Of a stretch of 63,859 nucleotides of DNA, positions 30,901-40,600 are shown one piece after another (position 1 is the first letter of the stretch; each line of letters begins with the position of its first letter). The DNA comes from an uncultured virus (IMG/VR IMGVR_UViG_3300028490_000003). Taxonomy: Duplodnaviria > Heunggongvirae > Uroviricota > Caudoviricetes. The DNA lies in IMG/VR virus record IMGVR_UViG_3300028490_000003; one strand, 5' to 3'. The notes under the pieces are model-generated. The model ran no database searches. It was not told the origin of the DNA and saw only the letters and a list, made by a program, of their open reading frames with translations. The translations under genes and the position numbers were made by a program.

Positions 30901-33900
30901 TTTTTGCTAAGCATTATATAGAGATATTAAGTGGAGTGGATTCAATAATTGTTACACCACCTGTTAAACAACCACCTCCACCAGTAAATCCTAGTATAAT
31001 TCCACCTAAGAAGAAAAAGAAAAAGAAAAAGAAGAAGAAGAAAAAAGAGGATGATGACGATGACGACGATGATGATACTTTAAAAGGAGAGTTATTACAA
31101 ATTAGTGAAGACTTATTTAGTGTAGATATTCTTTTATCTACTAATACAATAGATAGTTTTAATAAAATAAATGATAGTGGGGATATAGAAAAAGCTGGTC
31201 ATACAGATAATAATGAGCAGGTTATAGTAAGACGATTTTTAGATAACGCTTATACATTATTAAATACTAATAATGCAGTTGCTAGTAATCTATCTATATT
31301 AAAAGCATCTTTTGAGGATGTTAGGATATCTAGTAAATTAGATAAGGATATAAAAACTTTATTTGGTAGTTTAATGGATCATATAGATAATGTGATGGCG
31401 GCTACCTTTGACGGGAAAGAAGAGGTTGCAGAGGACCTTGTAGATAAACTGAATGAAGTATTAGCTAAGATAGAGATAATCCCTACACCGACGTCTGATG
31501 ACGTTACAGAAGAGGATAGACAATTGTTTGAGGACGAAATAATATCTTTAATAAAAAGTTATAATAATACTTACGCAATTCAAATATTAGAAACAGTGCT
31601 TGCAGATACTGTTGATGGGGAAGAAATGGTATTTAAGAATGCTAAAATGAAATCTCTTTATGACACATTACGAAAAACGTATAATCTAGATAAGGTAGTA
31701 AAAGCTATACAAGACGTTGTTGTATCTTTAAATGCAAAATCATTTACATTTACACCGAAAGATAAGAAGAAAGATCTAGATATTACAGATGCTAAGTATA
31801 TTGATTTTATAGAGTGGATACAGGGTACAACTGAAATAGTTGCGCTTAGAGATATGTTTCATTCAATAACTAAAAAGAAACCATTTAAGAGACAAGATTT
31901 AAATGATTTATATACAGATTTATCTGAAATATATAATTTAAACCAATTAAAGAATGGGCTTAAAGAAGCACTTCAGTTACAAGCAGAAACTTTAGGAGAG
32001 GATATAATTCCTAAAAAACAAAGAATAAATAAATTGAAGAAAAAGTATGGTGGATATTTTAATAATAAACTTACTAAAAATAGAAAGGATGCTGGGAAAT
32101 TAAAATTATTACTTAGTGGAATTACAGATAGGACATTACTTGGTCAAATGAGTAATGTATTAGGAAGTCTTAAAAAGTCAACTACTAAATTATTTTCTAC
32201 TGTTCCTGGAATAGATGGGGATCTTGCTATTGAATTGGATAATGAGATGACTAAACTTATATCAGATGGGTTTACAATAACATCTATACGTAATACATCT
32301 AGAGATATTATAAATACTAGAATAGTTGCTTTAACGTCTCCAGCGGAGATAAAAGGATTAAAAGAGGAGGCCAATAAACTTGCTGCAGAATTAGGTATAA
32401 ATGTGAAAAAAACTGATTTTGAAGGAATGGCGCATATGTTAATATACAGACATCTAGAATTAATTGAAAGTGCTGATGAGATAGATGATGAAACAATTGA
32501 AAAAATACATAGATTACATAGTATTTTAAAAACTAGTTTATTGCCTAAATATAAAGGAGATAATAATAATTTTAAAAATAAATTTATAAAAGTTACAATA
32601 GATGATCATGCCTCTTTAGAAAATTATATTAAGGAAGCAGAGTCAGAACTTATTAGAAATGAGATATATACAGTAGAATCTAGACATGAAGGATTTGGGC
32701 AAGTAGGAGTAGAACTAAAAAAATTAGGTTACGAAGCTATCAGTAATGATGATAGACTTGCTATATTTGGAGTAAAGGGAGATCCTCCTAAAAGAGTACC
32801 TACTAATATAGAGATTATATTTGTAGAAAAAGATGGGGGTGCTATGGAAGCTTTTATTGCAGTAAAGCATAGAGGGCAAAAATATATTATTTCTCAAGTG
32901 TTTACTGGAAGAAAGGTTAAGTTACCTAATGGTAAGACTACTACAATAAGCAGCCCTACTACTTCGGCATTGTTTGAAAAAGGTAAAAGGTTTATTAAAG
33001 AAAATGAAGGAAAACCTGAAATAATACTTACTAATCATACAAGTAAAGACGGTACAGTATATACTCAAAAGATTGGGGTATATGATTTTGGAAAGTCTGT
33101 ATCTATTTCAGAAATACTTAGACTAAGACCTGGTAGTATAAATACATCTGATTCTACGGTATCTATAACAAGTTTAGAGAATGATGGAGTTAATGTTAGT
33201 AGTAATGCATATATTGTTAATAAAACATTAGTCGGTGGATTAAAGCATCAACAATTATTTTATTTATATTCTACACATCCTAAGATTGATTTAGATTCAT
33301 CTGAGGTAATAGAGAAAATTAATGCAGGTACACTAAGTAAGAATAAAGCAATTACTGTAGAGACTGGAGGTATTAAAGTTACTGTTGGGTTATTACCAGT
33401 AAAAGGAAAGATTACATTTTCTAGAATGGGAGATTTTATTAAAAGTGATATTAAAAATGGTTTACCGCCAGCATTTAATTCCCCATTAAGTATGGCTATT
33501 ACAAAAAGAGTAATGGACCTTACTAAAGAAGATGATGATTTTGATTATGTTAAAAATGCTTTTAATGAATTGAATGATGGGCAGAAAGAAAGGGCTGAAA
33601 AACATGTAACGAGAATTGTAGCTGATCCTAGTAGGAAAGAGGCATTAGATAAAGTAGTTGATATCTATATAAAGTCTGTTCAGAGCGATTCTAATGAGAG
33701 TGATAAATTATTATATTTAAAGATAAATAAAGCACATAAAAATAAGATAAAAAATCTTGTGCTTAATCTTGATTTATTATTTAAATTAAACATACCAAAC
33801 ATTAATAATGCGTTTGATGCTATTTTAGAAATTACAGGGTATGATTTTAAAGCTCCTGTAAAAAGAAATAAAACAGCTCAGTATTTAAAGGTTGATGCAG

Positions 33901-34625
33901 ATTTCTCACAATTTTTCAAAGGTAGTTACGTTTCTAATATAACTAGTATTTCATCACCAGAATTTGTATTAGATGGTAATGCTGTTGGATTAATTAAAAC
34001 TATTAGTAAAAAAGGTCCTGGACAATCTGGAATATATAAGAAGATTCCTTCTAAATTTAGTACTATAATAGCAGAGATTAAGAAGAATGGTGTAGATACT
34101 ATTAGTATTAACGTAGAAAAACTTAAGAGTACTACAGGGGCAGATATAGAAGGTGTTCTTAATAAAGCTAAAGAAGATATTGATCAGTTATTAACTTTTA
34201 TTAATAGTAATACTATTAGAAAAAGTGATTTATCTTTAGAGAATGTAAATCATTTAAAGAAAGCGTATAAAGATATAGTTGAACTTTTAAGTAATATTGA
34301 TGTGGACTATGACTTTATACATACCACTATTGATGGTAATGATGTGTTGCGTGATATGATTGTAGTATATAATGATTATTTGTATGAGACTAATAAAAGC
34401 TCTTTACTTAATAAAAAGGCTGTTACTGCTTTTAAAGATAGTTATAATACATTCCTTTCTATAGATACAAATTTTGAAGTAGGTTCACCTTTGTATTCTC
34501 AATTATTAGCTGCCTCTTTTACAATAGAGGAGATACAGGAGATGAAGAATATAATGAATACAATAGATGAAAGTGATTCTTTCGATGGATGTGGTGTTGA
34601 CTTTAATGAGGATGTACCCTTTTAA
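24954..34625 (+). CDS. Giant virion cargo protein with SF1 helicase-like domain
   Basis: 3223 aa. Walker A GAPGTGKST (29742-29768), VIVIDE (~30021), MGDSKQ, IGGSE and TRAK motifs. Hydrophobic segments near the N-terminus. Confidence 0.8.
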   Translation: MGEIATPQQQQPTNNNQQPPKDVVKEATQAVDTQYDVKDEIDGDKKLDWFYVNLKYPNESTKNLAITFGNDAFDKLKSADDYWDDPEVQKKFSDMYGFAAEVKFKKFYELATESFSNFKLGIHQKTLTATELHALDSNKFKLDITRRFENFAGNIQLGEEFTNAQFSYRERLQDIRESFVDKDGNVTFKYYRYNPDMFDHIMGKDGVSGLAYGDIWANYDPEAGVYGAYMDVIKDGKIYDDNMQTMVDVRNDQIISRLDLTTGNIFDGLLANNKLEDDSIGDVLAMIVRSPIGMLSELVDTGIQAFRIGTVLSYGIGKALVDDELDVQQSEFFKTMTNAGIYVKSFKGSSSDFSRSKGVFGSFEAGLTALLDLALQIGVARGLGSAASFTTRRLMAGSLSTGALRRLEQKAANKVVRTTLTAFAAKDGYNEAKEIGLSDTEAGIYAAVSFVALWQATKFAGYITGEYDARVVRNNISTIIKRELNDNVAPAFRKLSQEAARSGTKKAAAELGSKQGKMALSVMGEKIGGFIKNIKQYMPSGKIAFEAQQESLEEMSEELFQDVVKHATSLYGVLLKDANGPGNKRFKTIFDDGYFEDAVERYAASGILGGLAGPMGMMFSGGGLHHEITDTSNLIDIIASGRSSELVDILQDMKESGELGPTDLSINYNEKLKAFEPILKGEKIESLGDMTFNSYMHDINIVTTFINKGMNGKALKRIQEDPLFSDQLNETSMRKDFIFNTTQLLALHERTKLPMSIYPEMDALTEAQLENNLPEQVGLISKEITKTKDNIKAIKKRIAKTTPDRESKSATKEPGKLKPDVVKKLYGDEKDNTKELDILNKTLVALEGITESDIEELFDLYRKIRGIAQGTASEHYLLQHMLFKDKTFGHLSNRDPEWEYLGETPFVDLMHNATIRSLDDEKEFLIIGKKASDITKQIRSIDEFTPENIQKLNLLFSDPDNPITKEALEHISSKYDVKSQLSTLLKGFNIATKGSLLTDDVGNFDIKKARRLLYDIVETNTTAVDTDNSLILTTISASSVKKIFEDFKKDPEGATMPTFLDNGQDYDVYDTKIKIIDLLPKVQHKELQKIINSIDDSVFTLRKIGNNAALKLKNHQYFSAFDFERGNIEILFRTIGKSGKFTNTDVFSEGATEVIDLISNPRGNGKYSKKDNTKVLAVLKDIKLREEMSKVLTKFYSKGAFMHYTPMLKAFRQNTLDIIDKTYDVDEHPDTTTERHSYKDYTAFSDFFTDFIYDPTTFENVINAKNRALLTDGDKKALIKFDNVGINLEPIMVYKDENGKKATAPVEVDYDLLKIHLLSSDKFDNLDTSEDIVRALNMFKKPTITIPQSIVGGDPSKNVVVVLAGIFKLKTLEFLLEKTNYYIEQSSGHGANMPYIEDKNEQIKDTFRAFNGVISGDNIEDIDKEDIAKFKTFVEVEIPDYSSIVVDYINNKIDYVVLGQLNIKLEKLFYRVFHEENISNLNSGSSSQQTIKDIIFKHVIEGVIFAEDNFNSIYGENKAEAYANTVLLGAITTDFTDFYAIFKGRLENLADTDKVVIASQEFSAKYSSAFIYSKELRDVLLDNKNEEDYLNTVFISGAPGTGKSTAVLDLGLDVALEILGAQDESNVTNVLGVSNNAPQIKILDRTLGEKNAGVAGKKVADFYELLRKAVIDENKQAQEELEEVGVIVIDEVTYIPINKHANGPVTLGEISDLLSEYNNLYRLGQNEAVLVTMGDSKQSGYIGINGSQDSLQGRNVFGLPYMGFSMRARNSFLVKALDIIKTMEDNIKSPFSAGGEGSSDFLVIQEATKYGSLKGRQYGMNIVKGEETGNKTFINILKDKILLKDIRANLEAETPSGEDAFDIIFGPENINDFNTALDGNKELKSIIEDFKDRVSIIPADEIGGSEANYVIAEVPKYPGAVSYARTIGMHKKFNTIATRAKDFTILVLKDDTIILPGSSKSRHISEGTVIIPESSVDLEDKKFFAKHYIEILSGVDSIIVTPPVKQPPPPVNPSIIPPKKKKKKKKKKKKKEDDDDDDDDDTLKGELLQISEDLFSVDILLSTNTIDSFNKINDSGDIEKAGHTDNNEQVIVRRFLDNAYTLLNTNNAVASNLSILKASFEDVRISSKLDKDIKTLFGSLMDHIDNVMAATFDGKEEVAEDLVDKLNEVLAKIEIIPTPTSDDVTEEDRQLFEDEIISLIKSYNNTYAIQILETVLADTVDGEEMVFKNAKMKSLYDTLRKTYNLDKVVKAIQDVVVSLNAKSFTFTPKDKKKDLDITDAKYIDFIEWIQGTTEIVALRDMFHSITKKKPFKRQDLNDLYTDLSEIYNLNQLKNGLKEALQLQAETLGEDIIPKKQRINKLKKKYGGYFNNKLTKNRKDAGKLKLLLSGITDRTLLGQMSNVLGSLKKSTTKLFSTVPGIDGDLAIELDNEMTKLISDGFTITSIRNTSRDIINTRIVALTSPAEIKGLKEEANKLAAELGINVKKTDFEGMAHMLIYRHLELIESADEIDDETIEKIHRLHSILKTSLLPKYKGDNNNFKNKFIKVTIDDHASLENYIKEAESELIRNEIYTVESRHEGFGQVGVELKKLGYEAISNDDRLAIFGVKGDPPKRVPTNIEIIFVEKDGGAMEAFIAVKHRGQKYIISQVFTGRKVKLPNGKTTTISSPTTSALFEKGKRFIKENEGKPEIILTNHTSKDGTVYTQKIGVYDFGKSVSISEILRLRPGSINTSDSTVSITSLENDGVNVSSNAYIVNKTLVGGLKHQQLFYLYSTHPKIDLDSSEVIEKINAGTLSKNKAITVETGGIKVTVGLLPVKGKITFSRMGDFIKSDIKNGLPPAFNSPLSMAITKRVMDLTKEDDDFDYVKNAFNELNDGQKERAEKHVTRIVADPSRKEALDKVVDIYIKSVQSDSNESDKLLYLKINKAHKNKIKNLVLNLDLLFKLNIPNINNAFDAILEITGYDFKAPVKRNKTAQYLKVDADFSQFFKGSYVSNITSISSPEFVLDGNAVGLIKTISKKGPGQSGIYKKIPSKFSTIIAEIKKNGVDTISINVEKLKSTTGADIEGVLNKAKEDIDQLLTFINSNTIRKSDLSLENVNHLKKAYKDIVELLSNIDVDYDFIHTTIDGNDVLRDMIVVYNDYLYETNKSSLLNKKAVTAFKDSYNTFLSIDTNFEVGSPLYSQLLAASFTIEEIQEMKNIMNTIDESDSFDGCGVDFNEDVPF
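31008..31076 (+). repeat. Low-complexity K13-E-D9 tract
   Basis: 13 Lys codons (mixed AAG/AAA), GAG, then 9 Asp codons (mixed GAT/GAC), preceded by a Pro-rich linker. Confidence 0.95.
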
Positions 34626-34638
34626 ATAAAATATTAAT

Positions 34639-37600
34639 ATGAACAAATGTAGTAAAATAAGTTTAGCCTCTTTAGAACTAGTAGCTAAAAATAAAGATAA
34701 TGACACTAAAAAAACTATTAAAGAGATAGTTAATGTCATGAATATGCATAAGCTTGAACCTGAAGAGGCTCTTAAGTCATATTTCTTTTTAAAAAATCCA
34801 AATGTACCTACAATACATAAAAAGAATTTTATTAATGGTAGGGATAAAGCAAAATATGCAAAAATTTTAGCCACAAAAGATTTTTCTAGTCTAGTTAAAA
34901 TTTCTACTGATGGGGAGTATAATAGTTTGGAAGAGTTAAAAGAAGCTGTTATAAGTAGATTAAACTATGTTGGGGATAGAGAAGATTCTCATTCCGCCGC
35001 TAGGGGTTTAAATGACTTATTTGGAAGAAGTTCTGAGGAAGAAGTAGAAGAAGAGATATTAGCAACTATTCAGAAAGAAGAAAGAATACAAAGTTATCTT
35101 ACTAGCTCTTCTTCTGATATGATGATTAAAAAGTCTAAGCGTATTGAAAAAACTTCTAAAGATATTTCAGGTTCTTCTGACGTTTGGGGATCATTTCTTA
35201 ATGTATACTTTGAAGGAATGACTGATATTGGAACGGAGTTTAATGAGTTCGCTACTAATAAAGTAATGAATTCTCTTATAGATTTTACTGAAGAAGGGGT
35301 GGGATTTGTTGATAATATAAGTAAAGTTATAGAAGACTTAAAGACTGAAGTATTTGATTCAAAAGAAGCTTTGAAAGAAAGTTCTAGTGGAAATTTTGAT
35401 ATTACTAAAGCTAATCTACAAGGCAATGAAAATTTAAAAAATAGATACTTCTATGATATTTTACATAATGAATTAGATTTTATATTAGAAAACTCTATTA
35501 AGTTAGTAGTAAAAAATGATAGAGAAACTTATAATAAATATACTGAGGTATATGGATTTAATGGAGTAGAAGATGTAGGAGGAATAGTGTACTTAAATAC
35601 TGAGTTTTTAGAAAAGCTGGGTGTTATTTTTATGAATGAAGAAGGAGACTATGAAACATCCAGAGGAGATTATATTATAAATACAATAGATTCTGATCTA
35701 TATGATTTTAAAAGTAGATCAGATTTAAAACCAGATTCTTTTTATTATGTGGTGCATGATGATATCTATATTTATATAACAAAAGATGGCTCTATGAGAG
35801 ATGTTTCTGTTAGATCTAGCTACAATATAAATACTAGAAATAATAGAAGAACCATGGCCTTTGGAAAAGAGGCAGATGTTTTAGATCAAGGTACTGCATT
35901 TATTAATAATATTTTTAGTGCTGTTAGAATAATTAGGTTAAACCCTAAGAAGATGGTGTATGAGTATGGGAATAGAATGAGTATTTCTGAATTTTATAAG
36001 TTATCACCATTTTTAATAAAAACTAGACCGACACTACAGTCTCTAAATGAAAGATTAAGTGAGCTTATGGATGGGGAGAATGTTGAAATAGCAAATATTG
36101 CTAGATCTACATATTACCATTTTTTCTCACCTACTTCTAAATTAGTTGGGGCTGATTCAGTATTTTCATTATCCACTAAAAAAGGAAAGGACGGCTTTAA
36201 TTATCAAAATGATAATATAGTAACAGCATTAGGCTCAGCCCTTATATCTAAAAAGCATGAAAAGTATTTTGAGTTTAATGGTAACTCTATAAATATAACT
36301 AAAGACTTATTACAGGATATCCCTGAATATTTTATAGATGATAATCTTGCTACATATCTAACCAATAGAGGATATACAAAACCTATTATAGCGAATCATT
36401 TATTTGTTAAAGGTGGAGATGTTATAATATATAAAAATAATAAATACACTAATGATTCTATCAGATTAGATGATATAAAAACTATAGAGGATGCAATGGA
36501 GGCATCTAAAATTTTAAATTTGTCTTCTTTTACAGATCCACTTTATCAATATATCGCAGATAAGGAATATTTAGATAGAGATATAGAATCAGCCTTTGTT
36601 ACAATAGTACAAAAATTGATCACTATTTCGGCTAATAACATGAAAACTAGAGTAGCTGGTAAAAAACAAAGTTCACGTTTAGGAGCTATTCTTGATGATT
36701 CTTACATCGCGCATGGAGATTATAAATATGTAAAACCTACTGTAGTATTTACTAAAATAGAAATAGATTATTTAATTCCTATATTTACTCCAGAGACATT
36801 GGGGAATGTTAGTGTAGCGGGTAATAAAAGGCCTTCTTTAAATCTTCCTAATAGAAATGCTTTTCTTCAAAGCCAGATTATAGATTTAAAAAAATTAAGT
36901 GCTTATACATTTAACCCAATATTATCTAAAAATTCACCTGTTTGGGATGTAGATACTTCATTATTAGACTACTATATAAAAGCTCCAATGACTTCTGGAG
37001 GAGTTACTTTAGGAGTTGCTGAATGGGGGCAAGGTAAAAGACTAGAATTTGAAATTATAAATGGATTTATTAACGGGCCTGTAAAGTCTAGAAATATAGG
37101 AGAACTTGGGAATACATTTTTTATACAGCCATTAGGGTATTCTGATAAAGCTAACCCTCATGTATTTAGAATGGTACTTGGAGAAGATGTGAATATCTTT
37201 AAACCAGGTACAGAGTTCGAACAACAGATGGAGGATGCATATATTAATTTCGAGATCGCTCGTTATGAAGATATGCAAAAAGTGCTTATAGAAGACATGG
37301 CATATTTCATAGGGGGTAATTATAATGAAATTTATAACACCCTTAAAAAAGAAGGAGCTAATAAAACTAGACTTATAAATTTATCTAAGTTAAGAAATAT
37401 GCTTTTAGGAAAGACATACCCTACCCAAGGAGACATGACTAGACCTATAAACTTACTTCTTGATAAGATAAAAATTCCTAATAAAATAATTAAGTATGCA
37501 GAAACAACACTAGAACATAAATCTGATTTTGTTGATATTGGTGGAAATCATGTAATATTAAAGCCACATATGGGAGTAAGAGCAGCTGCTTTTAGAGATC

Positions 37601-40600
37601 ATGGGGAAGATATACTTACAAAGCATATAGAGGATTATGAAGAATTAATGACTAAACATAAGGTAAGTAAGAAAAACGTTATAGATAGTTTTAGGTATGC
37701 TAAGCGTGCAATGAAATTAAGAGGAGTTAAAAAACAATATGTATCTTCTTTTAATGACATAGTAAAAAGAGTATTTATAGCAAACCATATATACGGTACA
37801 TCTGTAAAAGTTATAACTATGGCAGATGAATCTTCTTATCCTATAAAAAAATATAATGCAAGCAATATAAGTGCTTATTATAAAGATATAGATACTGGGA
37901 AAACTAGTGGACTTGAGGATATAGATGGTATGCAGAAAGCTCAATACAAAAGATCTCAATCAAATCTTTCTGGAGGAGTGCGTTATATGCAGAATGAAAC
38001 TATAGAAGGAATCAAACATAAGAGTAATAGAGATAATATACTTAACTTTTTAGAGATTTATGAAGATGAAGATGGAAAGTTAGAACATCGTTATGATAAG
38101 TTACAAGGAAAATCTTTATATGAATTATACGCTCTAGGTGTTATTGATTCTTTTGATAATAAATCATTAGTTAAAATAGATAAAACAGGTAATTTTTTAG
38201 TTAGAATAAAAGAAGGTAATGATATAATAGAATTTAAATCTACTCAATATGATGCTTCAGATGAGTATGATATAGGGATAAAAAAATTATTTACAGATGC
38301 TATAAAAGTAAGTTCTACAGGAAAGCAAAATGTAAAGATATTACCTAATACTAAAAATATACACAATAACCGTAAAGATTATTTAGAGCTTCATCAAATA
38401 GAAGATAAATTTAATGAGAAGGGGTTAGCTGCTATTTTACCAGATACTATACATTCTATTTTAGTAGAAGATCCTGTGTCTTATGTAAACTTACTTAATT
38501 TCTTTGGGTATGATCAAGATAACTCAGACGGTGTTCAATTTATACACCCTGTTCTATATCATATGTTTGATAATTCTAGGGGAGGAGAGTTTGGAGCTTT
38601 CCATTCTACTAATTATGAAGCCTTAAAAACAATTACCACAGTTATAAATCATAGAAATGCCAAACAACAACTTCAAAAGAAAGCTGTTCAAATGCCTTTT
38701 TCTATAGAGCAACTTACTAAGGTTGGTAATATTAAATTATGGAATGCTTTTAAAACTATGAATACTGCAGTAGAGTTCAAGAAGAAAAGAATGCGTGTTA
38801 TTGTAGATAAAGAGGGAAATAAGGACATCCTTATATTTAATAATATGCAACAATTAGTTGAGCATTTTATTGCACTTAATAGTGATAATTTAACTGATCA
38901 AATTTGGGAAGATATTATACATACATTAGAAGAGAACCCTGCTAATATGTATTCATTTGTTGGTAATATTACTTTTGAGACAACTCAAAAAACAGGTAAC
39001 TATTCAGAGAATACATTTGATAATATATTTGAAAAGAATTTCACTACTACAAAACCTAACTTATATCAAACTAATTATGAGTATAATTTTGAGATTTTAT
39101 CAAAGGCGCACAGTTATGATATATCAGAAGATTCTGCATTATCTCTTCTTACTCAACTAGTTAACTCTATTTCTCTTGGAGGAGTAACTGATACAGAATC
39201 ATTTAATTTACAATCGGCTATGGCCTCATTAGCAGAAGTTCATAAAGCTATATTAGGAAAAGATTTCGAAAAAATAGCCAGAGCTAAACTAGAAGAGTCT
39301 GGTAATAGTAAATATAATTCTATTATAGAAAGATTTTCTACAGGTAATTTAGATGTAGAAGGATTTACAGCAGAACAGAAAGAGTTATATGCGGATATAG
39401 TAAGAGAGGGGTTAGCATCTATGGCCAATTTAGCCTACAATGAAACTACAAGTCCTAAGCTTATAAAAGATTTAATAGATAATTCTAAATACTCTTTAGA
39501 TACTCCTGCTATACAACGTATAGTATTAGGTACTTTAAGATCTAACTTATTTAAAGCTACTGTAAAAATAAAGCAAAATGGGTTTATTGCAGTTGTTACT
39601 ACACCCCATTTAACAGCATCTGTTTATTCATATGTTACTGAGAAAGGTAAAAATAGAAGATTAACTAGACAGGCTTTTATAAAAGCAAATTTAAATAGAT
39701 TTGACGAAACAAGTGGAGCTAAAGAGATTACATTTTTAATTACTGATGAAAGTTCTATCGCAATAGCGGATGAAAATCTTACGCCGTTCGATAGTATTAA
39801 GGTGAAAGAATTAGGAAAAGCGCCAGTAATAGTTGCTAAACATACTATAGTTGCTAATGAAGGATATCCTCCAGGGACTATCTTTACAATGGTATTACCT
39901 CCAGATTCTGTAGAAAGTACAAAATTAGATAATGTAACAGATATACTTAAAGAGTCTACTGACGAGAATGCATTAGCTATAGGAGATAATTCTTTAGTAA
40001 ATATTGTAGAGGATGGAAAAGATAATACTTACTATGCTTGGTATGCACTAGAAGTATACGGTCTTGATGGACTTACTAAATTAATAAAAGCTGGAAAAGT
40101 TACTAGAAATACAGTTGAAAAATATTCTTTAAGATGGTACAAATACATAAATAAAGTTGGTGCAGAGATTGAAGATACAGAGGCTTTTAAAAACTATTAT
40201 AGAATATACTTAAATAAAGATAGTAATAACTCTGATAAAGAAAGCGCAAAAGCTGTTTTATTCTTAGAACTGGTTAGAGAAGATAATGATGGAGATAAAA
40301 TATGGTCTGTAATTCCTGCGGAAATTATAACACCTAACTTTTTAGCTGGTGCATTTAATCTTGACCCAGATGTATCTTTATCAGATATATTAGGTATTGA
40401 GGGGGATACTTTTGTAAATGTTAAAAATTACTTTAGAAACAGATTAAAATTTAATTTATTTAAACCTGTAAAAGAAACCTCTAGAAGAGAATTTCTACTT
40501 GCTAAATATGGTAGAAAGTATGCCTTTAGTGGAGCTACTTATATAAAAGAAATCATAGGTGTATTAACTAATAATACTACTATATCTTCTCTAAGTACTT

